From positions 45,077-109,076 of the forward strand of contig CAZFLK010000002.1 of assembly GCA_964519245.1 (NCBI GenBank): DNA of 64,000 bases, given 5' to 3'. The notes beneath the pieces were generated by a model, which worked only from the letters and a program-made list of their open reading frames with translations, did no database searches and had not been told where the DNA came from. Shown piece by piece: positions 28,880-38,524 of the stretch; within the stretch, counting starts at the first letter, position 1; each line of letters begins with the position of its first letter. The stretch comes from an uncultured Verrucomicrobiota bacterium (GTDB lineage: Bacteria > Verrucomicrobiota > Verrucomicrobiia > Limisphaerales > JAYPEY01). Position numbers and translations under genes: made by a program.

Positions 28880-31279
28880 ATGTTACTTGGGACGCTCGTG
28901 TTCTCCGGCAAGGAATGGCTGCTTCCCGCCGCGCTTCTGGTTGCGGTGGCTGCGGTGGTTCTGGTTTGGGGGTATCGTCTGGCGCCCGCAGACCGCAACA
29001 TTCGTGCGGCCTGCTTTTCATTGAAGCTGCTCGGGTTGGTCGCGCTGGGGTTTGTGTTGCTGGAGCCGCTCTGGACGGGGCAGCGCGCGAAGCAGGGCGC
29101 CAACATCTTCGTTGTCTTGGCCGACAACAGCCGCGGCATGACGGTCAAGGACGCCAATGCCAGCGAGAGCCGGGGGGAGCGCATGCGCGATCTGCTCACC
29201 TCGGACATGGTTTCCTGGCAGACGCGACTGAACGAGGATTTCCAGGTGCGGCGTTACCTGTTCGATTCCCGGCTGCAGTCGTCGCGTGATCTTTCGGAAC
29301 TGGTTTTTGACGGACGCGCGTCTTCGCTCGGTTCCGCGTTGAACACCATCAGGGAGCGCTACCAGGGGCAGCCCATGGCGGGCGCGCTTTTGTTCACTGA
29401 CGGTAACGCCACGGACTTCGGCGACGGCGCGTTCGATTTCGAGGGGTTGCCGCCGATTTACCCGGTCGTGATCGGTCGGGACGAGGCGATTCGGGACATC
29501 TCCATTCAGAATGTGGCGGTGACGCAGACATCCTTCGAGGACGCGCCCGTCACCATTCAGTTCGAAGTCGAAGCGGCTGGTTACGCCGAGACCAACATCG
29601 TCGCCCGCCTGATCGACCAGGCGGGCGCGACGGTCCGGGAGGAGGTTCAACCTGCGCCGGAGGATGGGCGCTCGGCGATGTTTCGTTTTCGCATGCGACC
29701 CAAGACCTCGCAACTCGCCTTCTATCGGGTGCAGGTGTTGGTGGAGGGCGAGGATGAGTTCTTTGGCGAGCCGGAAAAATCCTCCGAGGCGACGCTGGCG
29801 AACAACAGCCGCGTGATTGTGGTGGAGCGTGATCGGGGGCCTTACCGCGTGCTCTACGTTTGTGGGCGTCCCAACTGGGAGTTCAAGTTTCTCAACCGCT
29901 CGGTGATGGAGGACGATCAGATTGAGATGGTCGCGCTGCAGCGCGTCGCGCGGAGAGAGCCGAAGTTCGAGTTCAAGGGGAGGGCCGGAGAGAGCGTCAA
30001 CCCGTTGTTCAAGGGCTTCGACAGGACCGGCGAAGAGACGGAGCGCTACGACCAGCCCGTGTTGATCCGCTTGAACGTCCGCGACGAGACCGAGTTGCGG
30101 GATGGGTTTCCCGACACACGCGAGGAGTTGTTCGCCTTCGACGCCGTCATCATCGACGATCTTGAGGCGGAGTTTTTCACCTACGACCAGATGAGCCTGC
30201 TCAAGGATTTCGTCTCCGAGCGCGGGGGCGGGTTCCTGATGCTGGGCGGGCAGGAATGCTTTCAGCAGGGCAAGTATGCGAACACCCCGGTCGGGGACCT
30301 GTTGCCGGTTTACCTCGATTTCATCAAGGACACCAGTCCGCTTGACCGGCTCGAGTTTGCGCTGACGCGGGAAGGCTGGCTGCAGCCCTGGGCGCGACTT
30401 TACGAAACGGAAGCCGACGAGCGCGACCGGTTGCAGCGCATGCCTCGGTTTCGCGTCATCAATCGCGTTCGCGACGTGAAACCGGGAGCCAGCGTGATCG
30501 CCGAGGCGTTGGACCAGGACAACGAGAAGTATCCGGCCTTGGTCGTGCAGCGTTTTGGTCGCGGGCGGGCCGGCGCGGTCATGCTGGGAGACTTGTGGCG
30601 TTGGACCATGCATCGCGAAGAGGGCGATCCCGACGACCTTGGCAAGATGTGGCGGCAGACGATTCGCTGGCTGGTGTCGGACATTCCGCGCCGCATTGAG
30701 TTGGAATCCAAGGCCCGGGCCGGGGATCCCAATCACGCTTTTGATCTGCTGACCCGCGCGCGCGACAAGAAGTTCGAGCCGTTGGACAACGGCAGCGTGA
30801 AACTCAGCGTGGAGCCGGTTGTCATCGGCGGTTCCGGCGCGCCGGAAGACGCGGGCGGGATCGCCAATACCAATCTTGTCAAACTGGCGCCGGAGCCCTC
30901 ATTGAACGAGGCGGGGCTGTATGAGGACCGTTACGTGCCCAGACAGACCGGGGGATTCAAGGCGCAGGCGATCGTTGCGGATGAAAAAGGCGTTGAGGCC
31001 GGTCGGGCGGAGGTCGGCTGGACGGTTGATTTCGCCGCCGATGAGTTTCGGTCCCTCAAGCCCAACCGGGCCCTGTTGGAAACGCTTGCGCGGCAGACGG
31101 GCGGCGAGGTGGTGAATTCGCGGGAGTTGAAGTCCTTTGTCGAAACGTTGCCCAACCGCAAGGCCCCGGTCACCGAGAACTGGTCTTTTCCCTTGTGGCA
31201 CACGCCCATCGTTTTTCTCTTCGCGCTCGGTTGTTTCGTGGCCGAATGGGGCCTTCGCCGCTGGAAAGGAATGGCCTAG
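28880..31279 (+). CDS. large membrane protein with Bat/VWA-like N-terminal part and glutamine-amidotransferase-like (DUF1355-type) domain
   Basis: The internal ATG gives MLLGTLVFSGKEWLLPAALLVAVAAVVLVWGY, followed by a second TM (LKLLGLVALGFVLLEPLW) and IFVVLADNSRGM. The mid-protein block is FDAVIIDDLEAEFFTYDQMSLLKDFVSERGGGFLMLGG. There is a C-terminal TM (IVFLFALGCFVAEWGL). Confidence 0.65.
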   Translation: MLLGTLVFSGKEWLLPAALLVAVAAVVLVWGYRLAPADRNIRAACFSLKLLGLVALGFVLLEPLWTGQRAKQGANIFVVLADNSRGMTVKDANASESRGERMRDLLTSDMVSWQTRLNEDFQVRRYLFDSRLQSSRDLSELVFDGRASSLGSALNTIRERYQGQPMAGALLFTDGNATDFGDGAFDFEGLPPIYPVVIGRDEAIRDISIQNVAVTQTSFEDAPVTIQFEVEAAGYAETNIVARLIDQAGATVREEVQPAPEDGRSAMFRFRMRPKTSQLAFYRVQVLVEGEDEFFGEPEKSSEATLANNSRVIVVERDRGPYRVLYVCGRPNWEFKFLNRSVMEDDQIEMVALQRVARREPKFEFKGRAGESVNPLFKGFDRTGEETERYDQPVLIRLNVRDETELRDGFPDTREELFAFDAVIIDDLEAEFFTYDQMSLLKDFVSERGGGFLMLGGQECFQQGKYANTPVGDLLPVYLDFIKDTSPLDRLEFALTREGWLQPWARLYETEADERDRLQRMPRFRVINRVRDVKPGASVIAEALDQDNEKYPALVVQRFGRGRAGAVMLGDLWRWTMHREEGDPDDLGKMWRQTIRWLVSDIPRRIELESKARAGDPNHAFDLLTRARDKKFEPLDNGSVKLSVEPVVIGGSGAPEDAGGIANTNLVKLAPEPSLNEAGLYEDRYVPRQTGGFKAQAIVADEKGVEAGRAEVGWTVDFAADEFRSLKPNRALLETLARQTGGEVVNSRELKSFVETLPNRKAPVTENWSFPLWHTPIVFLFALGCFVAEWGLRRWKGMA

Positions 31280-31324
31280 CTAAGCTAGCCAGGGGTCGGT
31301 TCTGGAGTTGTTCGGATCCCGGAC

Positions 31325-32800
<1,476 letters not shown>

Positions 32801-32818
32801 GGCGTCAGGCCGTTGGGT

Positions 32819-33424
32819 TCAAGAGATTTGAAAAGGGGACAATGCGTTGGTTGTCAGGAGGAAGTGTATAGCCGGTGGGGCGAGAGTCCCTCGAGCCCAA
32901 ACTGAAATCCCGGAGGGATGAAAGCGGCGCGTGGGAGCGGCTGGGCTGCGGTTGTAACGCAGGGTATGGGGAATGCCGGAGGCGCAGGGCGTTCGGAAGC
33001 TTCTGGCGCTCCTTCGGAGCTTCGATATGGGCTCGAGAGACTCTCGCCCCACCGGCTTTTTCGCTTCCTTCGGATGTCGTGCAGGCACGATAATTTCCTG
33101 CGGGCCGGCGGGATTGATCGGCAGAGGCACTAATCCCAAGAAATGAGTCTCCGAAAGCAATCCGCCGAGCATCCCGGAGACCACACCCATCACTAGTGAG
33201 ATTGTAAGGGACTTTCTTCTCATGCAATAACCCACGATGGATGCAACAGTAACCGACATCAGGAAAAACATCGCAATTGGGAGTATGTCTACTCCGATAT
33301 AATTCAGATTGATGTGCCGGACTGCAAAGATGGCGAAGCAGAGTGCGGCGCCGAATCCGGAAGCAGGGCTGTTGGTTACCCACAGATTCTCTCGATGTAG
33401 TCCCGGTTCAGCGTTTTCTTCCAT
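32819..33424 (-). CDS. small hydrophobic membrane protein (only the N-terminal part, roughly 95 aa, looks genuine)
   Basis: The ATG at 33424 lies 9 nt after the upstream stop. MEENAEPGLHRENLW is followed by three hydrophobic spans (ASGFGAALCFAIFAV, ILPIAMFFLMSVTVASIVGY, LVMGVVSGMLGGLL) in a visibly lower-GC stretch (about 33130-33424). The frame then runs on through the inverted-repeat element to 32819, and that tail is probably not real protein. Confidence 0.35.
   Translation of the reverse strand: MEENAEPGLHRENLWVTNSPASGFGAALCFAIFAVRHINLNYIGVDILPIAMFFLMSVTVASIVGYCMRRKSLTISLVMGVVSGMLGGLLSETHFLGLVPLPINPAGPQEIIVPARHPKEAKKPVGRESLEPISKLRRSARSFRTPCASGIPHTLRYNRSPAAPTRRFHPSGISVWARGTLAPPAIHFLLTTNALSPFQIS
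32870..33057. repeat. MITE-like element of about 188 bp bounded by 30-bp terminal inverted repeats
   Basis: 32870-32899 (agccggtggggcgagagtccctcgagccca) matches the reverse complement of 33028-33057 at 29 of 30 positions. The internal segment of about 128 nt has its own small hairpin (gctcc-ttcg-gagc). There is no coding capacity for a transposase. Confidence 0.55.
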
Positions 33425-33432
33425 GATGTGTC

Positions 33433-36400
33433 TCAATCCACATACAAGAACTCGTTCGAATTCAGGAGCACGTGGCAGAAGTCGACGAGGGCTGATTGTT
33501 TGGCCTGGGCCAGGCTGGGTTTGGGTGGGACGGGGGGCTTGATGTGGTTGCCGGCGCTGGAGGCGTCGGCGTAGAAGTCCTGGCCGTCCTCGAGCTTCCA
33601 ATAGCCGACGGTGTCCATTCTGGGGGCGTCCTTGTAGAGCGTGAGGGCGGCGCGATTGAGCGCGCGGTTGGAGAGGCGGACCTCGGCGATGGCGCCGTCC
33701 CAGCGGTGCGTCTGCGAGCCGGCGCGACCGCCGATCCAGAGGGGGAGCTTGCTGGCGTAGTGTTGGTTCTTCGCGTGCGGGACGAAGGCGGCGGTGAGCC
33801 TGGCCTTCGGATCGGAAAGGTCCTTGAGATAGAAGGTCGTGCCGCCGTCGGACAGGTCGTCGAGATCCACGGACACGGCGACGTAGTAAGGCTTGTTCAG
33901 TTCGGGCCGCAGGTTCGAGGCGATGACCTCATAGCCGTGGTCGCCCTTCGCCTTGTCGCCGATGAGCTGGAGGATGAGGTTGCGCGGTTGGTAGCCGGAC
34001 TTGGCGCTGGTGACGCCGAGGGACCAACCGCGGCTCTTGGAGTTGGCGTTCCATTGGGAAACGATCGTTCGCACGGTCGCGTCGGGATACATGGAGTCCA
34101 GTTGGATAATTGCCTCGACGGTGAAGTCGCCGGTGGGCAGGGAGGCGCTGTGGGGGACTTCGAGGATGGACTGCGAGCTGCCGGGTTTCAGCAGGGCTGC
34201 GGTTCCATCCACCTTGTCGATCTTGGTGGTGCGCGCGGCCTTGGCCGGCTCGGGCTGGGCGCTGACGATGCTGTCCGACTGCGCGCTGATGAAGGCGAGG
34301 GCGGCGTCGCGTTCGGCCTCTGTGACCGGGCGTCCGAAAGCCAGCTCGTAGGCGGCCTCGACGCGCCGGGCGGGATTCGTGTGTTCCTTTTCCAGGCGTT
34401 TGGCCATGGCGGTCGCGCGTTTCATTGCCCAGTCGCCGTTGATCATCAGCAGGGATTGGGTGGCGGTGGTGGTGACGTTGCGTTTCGGGGAGCTGGAAAG
34501 GCCGTCGGTCAGGTCGAAGGCGCCGAGCATCTTGTCGGGCTTGTTGCGGTAGACCTTGACGTAGAGCGAGCGTCGTTTGGCGTCCCCGGAGACGCTGGCG
34601 CCGCCGAGCTTGAGATCGAGTTCACCGGAGGCGGCCAGCATGGCGTCGCGGATCTGCTCGGCTTCGAGGCGGCTCGTGTTCATGCGCCAAAGCCAGCGGT
34701 TGGAAGGGTCCTTCATGCGGGCGATCCCGGGAGCTTCGCGCAGGGCGGTCTGACGATAGGCGGCCGAATGCAGGATGAGGCGGTCCAGTTCCTTGATGCT
34801 CCAGCCCTTTTCGATGAAGGTCGATGCCAGCCAGTCGAGCAGTTGGGGGTGGGTGGGTTTCTCGCCGAGTTTGCCGAAGTCGTTGGCCGAGGCGGCGATG
34901 CCGCGGCCGAAGCGCTGCTGCCAAATGCGGTTGACGATGACGCGTGCGGTGAGCGGGTTGTCGGGGCTGGCGATCCAGTTGGCCAGGGCGGTGCGGCGGC
35001 CGGTGGACTTGATATTGGGGATCGGTTCGATCTTGGGCTTTGCGCCGCCGAGGACCTCGAATACGCGCGGTTCGAAGCTCTGCTTGCTTCGGGACCCGCG
35101 AATCTTGACGACGGGCGGCTGGAAGGACGCGTCGCGGACGGTCATGGCGACCGGAAGCGGCTTTGGCTTGGTCTTCTCCAGTTCCTTCAACTGTTTCTGC
35201 AATGCGTCCCATTTCTTTTTCTCGTCGCCCTTGATGCGGCTGGAGATCCTTTCCCACGCCTTGAGGACCTGGCGATGGACCAGGTAGTTCAGCTGACGGT
35301 CATAGGTGTTCTGTTCCTCGTAGGACTTGCGGACGCTTTTCTGCACTTCCTCGGGGAAAATCTTCGTGGCCGATTCCCGGGCCGCGTCCCGGTGCTTCTT
35401 CTCGATGGCGGCAATCTGGTCGAGAATGGGTTTCGCCTTGGCCTTCCACGCCTTCAAGTCGTTCGCGTGTCGCGCCTTTTGTTGCGGGGTTCCGACGGGT
35501 TCGTCGATGGTCCAGATGGCGGGAGCCAGGAAGGCCTGGAGGCTGTAGTAGTCCGAGCGCGGCATGGGGTCGAACTTGTGGTCGTGGCAACGCGCGCACC
35601 CGACGCTCATGGCGAGAAAGACCTCACCGGTGACGTCGGTCATTTCGGCCATGATCTCCTCCCGTTGGGTTTCGGCGTCGCGTTGGTTCCATTCATAGAT
35701 GCCGTGGCGGAGAAATCCCGTGCCGATGACGGCATCGGGATCGTCCGGGGCAATCTCATCGCCGGCGATCTGTTCCTTGATGAATCGATCGAAAGGTTTG
35801 TCCTCGTTGAAGCTCCGGACGACATAGTCGCGATAGCGCCAGGCATGCGGGCGATAATCGTCCGCGCGGTATCCGTCGGACTCGGCGTAGCGCACGACGT
35901 CCAGCCAATGGCGGCCCCAGCGTTCGCCGTATTGCGGGCTGTCCAGCAGGCGTTCGACGAGGTTGGAGTAGGCGTTCGTGGATTTGTCTGCCAGGAAGGT
36001 CGCGATGTCGGCGGGCGAGGGCGGCAGTCCGGTCAGGTCGAAGTAGAGTCGGCGAATGAGTTGTCGGCGGGCGGCGGGCGGAGCGGGAGAAAGGCCCTCT
36101 GACTTGAGTTTGGCGAGGAGGAAGCGATCGATCTCGTTGCGGCTCCAGTTGTCGTTCTGGATGGTCGGGGGCTGGGGTTTGGCGATGGGTTGGAAGGACC
36201 ACCACTGCCGATCCTCCTCGGTGACCTTGGAAAGGTTTCCGGGTTTGGCTGCGGATCCGGGCCAGGGCGCGCCCTGGGCGATCCATTTTTCGAGCAGTTT
36301 GATGTCGCGTTCGGGCAGCGCTTGTTTGGGCGGCATCTTCAAGTCTTCGTCCGCGTGCGAAACGGCGAGCATGAGGAGGGAATCCTGCGGGTTTCCGGGC

Positions 36401-36660
36401 GTGACTGCCGGACCGTTGCCGCCGCCGATCAGCAGGCCGGCCCGGGAGTCGAGGCGCAAGTCGCCCTTCTGTTTTTCCGAGCCGTGGCATTCGTAGCAAT
36501 GCTTGGCGAGCAAGGGGCGGATCTTTTGTTCGAAGAAACGCATGTTGGCCGCGGCGTCGGAGGCGGCTGCCTCATCTGAGGAGCTGACCGCCAGCAGGGC
36601 GCTCAGGCACGCAATGCGCGCGGCGACTCTGGTCAGCTTTTCAATTTGTCGTGCGATCAT
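33433..36660 (-). CDS. PSCyt1 (c-type heme) + DUF1549 + DUF1553 + C-terminal LamG/concanavalin-like domain protein
   Basis: ATG start with a signal anchor. Heme motif KHCYECHGSEKQKGDLRLD. Blocks: LIRRLYFDLTGLPPSPADIATFL, YGERWGRHWLDVVRYAE and CARCHDHKFDPMPRSDYY. The LamG-like segment is DFTVEAIIQL...WDGAIAEVRLSNRAL, and the C-terminus is LLNSNEFLYVD. Confidence 0.9.
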   Translation of the reverse strand: MIARQIEKLTRVAARIACLSALLAVSSSDEAAASDAAANMRFFEQKIRPLLAKHCYECHGSEKQKGDLRLDSRAGLLIGGGNGPAVTPGNPQDSLLMLAVSHADEDLKMPPKQALPERDIKLLEKWIAQGAPWPGSAAKPGNLSKVTEEDRQWWSFQPIAKPQPPTIQNDNWSRNEIDRFLLAKLKSEGLSPAPPAARRQLIRRLYFDLTGLPPSPADIATFLADKSTNAYSNLVERLLDSPQYGERWGRHWLDVVRYAESDGYRADDYRPHAWRYRDYVVRSFNEDKPFDRFIKEQIAGDEIAPDDPDAVIGTGFLRHGIYEWNQRDAETQREEIMAEMTDVTGEVFLAMSVGCARCHDHKFDPMPRSDYYSLQAFLAPAIWTIDEPVGTPQQKARHANDLKAWKAKAKPILDQIAAIEKKHRDAARESATKIFPEEVQKSVRKSYEEQNTYDRQLNYLVHRQVLKAWERISSRIKGDEKKKWDALQKQLKELEKTKPKPLPVAMTVRDASFQPPVVKIRGSRSKQSFEPRVFEVLGGAKPKIEPIPNIKSTGRRTALANWIASPDNPLTARVIVNRIWQQRFGRGIAASANDFGKLGEKPTHPQLLDWLASTFIEKGWSIKELDRLILHSAAYRQTALREAPGIARMKDPSNRWLWRMNTSRLEAEQIRDAMLAASGELDLKLGGASVSGDAKRRSLYVKVYRNKPDKMLGAFDLTDGLSSSPKRNVTTTATQSLLMINGDWAMKRATAMAKRLEKEHTNPARRVEAAYELAFGRPVTEAERDAALAFISAQSDSIVSAQPEPAKAARTTKIDKVDGTAALLKPGSSQSILEVPHSASLPTGDFTVEAIIQLDSMYPDATVRTIVSQWNANSKSRGWSLGVTSAKSGYQPRNLILQLIGDKAKGDHGYEVIASNLRPELNKPYYVAVSVDLDDLSDGGTTFYLKDLSDPKARLTAAFVPHAKNQHYASKLPLWIGGRAGSQTHRWDGAIAEVRLSNRALNRAALTLYKDAPRMDTVGYWKLEDGQDFYADASSAGNHIKPPVPPKPSLAQAKQSALVDFCHVLLNSNEFLYVD

Positions 36661-37001
36661 GTCAAACCAACTAGGACGGCCCCGGGTGGGGCGGCATTCG
36701 GTATTCGATCAATCTTTGGCAAGATGACGGCTCAAAAGGAACCAGACAATGCTGGAATAAAGTGGGTTTGTCAGATCCCAGTTTGAATGGCATTTCCCCT
36801 ATTTTGTCAAAAGTGATGTCCAGATTAGTTTGCCCGGAGCGTCAAAGAATCGTATGACGTCGGTTTTGGATGGCTTGTGATTCCCGGGTTGTCCGGGATC
36901 GCGGCGTTTGATAAGGTGACGTATGATAGAGTTGAAGTCGTGGTTGCGGGGTTGGTTGGGACCTTGTTTGGCTGCGGCGCGAACAGCAAAAACCATTGAT
37001 T

Positions 37002-38459
37002 ATGAACAAGTTTCGTCCAGATCACCATGCGCCGCAGGCGCAGGACTACTTTCAAACGCGCCGTCAGTTCCTGAGCCGCTACGGCACGGGTTTCGGGTTG
37101 CTGGGCTTGGCCAGTCTGCTGGAGCCGGACCTGATCAACCCCAACGCCGGCGCCGCCCAGAATTTTTCACCGCTGGCGGTCAAGAAGCCGCATTTCCAAG
37201 CCCGCGCCAAGCGCGTCATCCACATTTTTGCGCAAGGCGCGCCTTCGCAGGTGGACACCTGGGACTACAAGCCGGACCTGGTTCGTTATGACGCGGCCCG
37301 CGGCGGCGACATGAATGGCAAGCCTTTGCCGGACATTGGCGGCGTCGCCTTTGCCTCGCCGGTTGACTACATGCGGCGCGGGCAGAGCGGTGTTCCCGTA
37401 GCTGAGATCTGGCCGGAGCTGGGGCAGCACATTGATGACATTGCCGTCATCAACTCGATGCACACGGACATTCCCGCGCACGAGTTTGCCAGCGTGATGA
37501 TGAACACGGGCTCCGGCCGCCTGGTGAAGCCCAGCATGGGGTCCTGGGTGACCTACGGCCTCGGCAGCGAGAACCAGAATCTGCCGGGCTTCATCTCGCT
37601 GACTCCGGGCGGAGGTCCTCCCGGAGGGTCCGAGAACTGGCGTTCGGCCTTCTTGCCCGGCTCTTACCAGGGCACCCACATCAACACCCGCGAGCCGCGT
37701 GTCGAACGGCTGATCGAGAACATCAAGAACAACTACATCACGCTGCCCGAGCAGCGTCAGCAACTGGACCTCCTGCACCAGTTGAACGCGGTGCACAGCC
37801 TCAACCTCAAGAAGGAAGAGCAGCTTGAAGCCCGGATCCAGGCCTTTGAACTGGCTTTCAAGATGCAGACGGAAGCGACCGAGGTCTTTGACATCAGCAA
37901 GGAACCGCAGAGCGTCCGGGACATGTATGGCGACAGCGCCCAAGGGCGTCAGATGCTCATCGCGCGTCGTCTGCTGGAGAAGGGCGTCCGCTTCGTCCAG
38001 GCGTGGCATGGCGGCTGGGATCACCACTCCAATCTCGACACCGCCATCCGGAACAAGGCCGGCGAGATCGACAAGCCGATCGCCGCCTTCATTCAGGACT
38101 TGAAGAATCGCGGCATGTTTGAGGAGACGCTCATCATCTGGAGCGGTGAGTTTGGCCGAACTCCGACCCGTCAGTTGCCGAACGGCAACAACAACTTCGA
38201 AGTTCCCGGACGCAATCACAACCACCGAGGCTTCTCGGCCTGGATGGCCGGCGGCGGCGTCAAGGGCGGTCAGCGTTACGGAGCCACCGACGAGTTCGGC
38301 TATCGCGCCGTTTCGGACAAGGTGCACATCCACGATCTCCACGCGACGGTGCTGGCCCTGCTCGGTTTCGATCACGAGAAGCTGACGTATCGTTACAACG
38401 GCCGCGACTTCCGGTTGACCGATGTCTACGGGAACGTTGTCCGGGATGTGATTGCCTGA
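37002..38459 (+). CDS. DUF1501 domain-containing protein, Tat signal
   Basis: The track start 36996 is TTG. The ATG at 37002 gives MNKFRPDHHAPQAQDYFQTRRQFLSRYGTGFGLLGLASLL. Blocks: VIHIFAQGAPSQVDTWDYKP and GEFGRTPTRQLPNGNNNFEVPGRNHNHRGFSAWMAGGGVKGG. Confidence 0.9.
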   Translation: MNKFRPDHHAPQAQDYFQTRRQFLSRYGTGFGLLGLASLLEPDLINPNAGAAQNFSPLAVKKPHFQARAKRVIHIFAQGAPSQVDTWDYKPDLVRYDAARGGDMNGKPLPDIGGVAFASPVDYMRRGQSGVPVAEIWPELGQHIDDIAVINSMHTDIPAHEFASVMMNTGSGRLVKPSMGSWVTYGLGSENQNLPGFISLTPGGGPPGGSENWRSAFLPGSYQGTHINTREPRVERLIENIKNNYITLPEQRQQLDLLHQLNAVHSLNLKKEEQLEARIQAFELAFKMQTEATEVFDISKEPQSVRDMYGDSAQGRQMLIARRLLEKGVRFVQAWHGGWDHHSNLDTAIRNKAGEIDKPIAAFIQDLKNRGMFEETLIIWSGEFGRTPTRQLPNGNNNFEVPGRNHNHRGFSAWMAGGGVKGGQRYGATDEFGYRAVSDKVHIHDLHATVLALLGFDHEKLTYRYNGRDFRLTDVYGNVVRDVIA

Positions 38460-38524
38460 CGGAAGCTCTTCTTTCGGCGGCCGGGCGCGTTCGATTGCGT
38501 TCGGCCGCCTCTTTGTCTGCTGGT

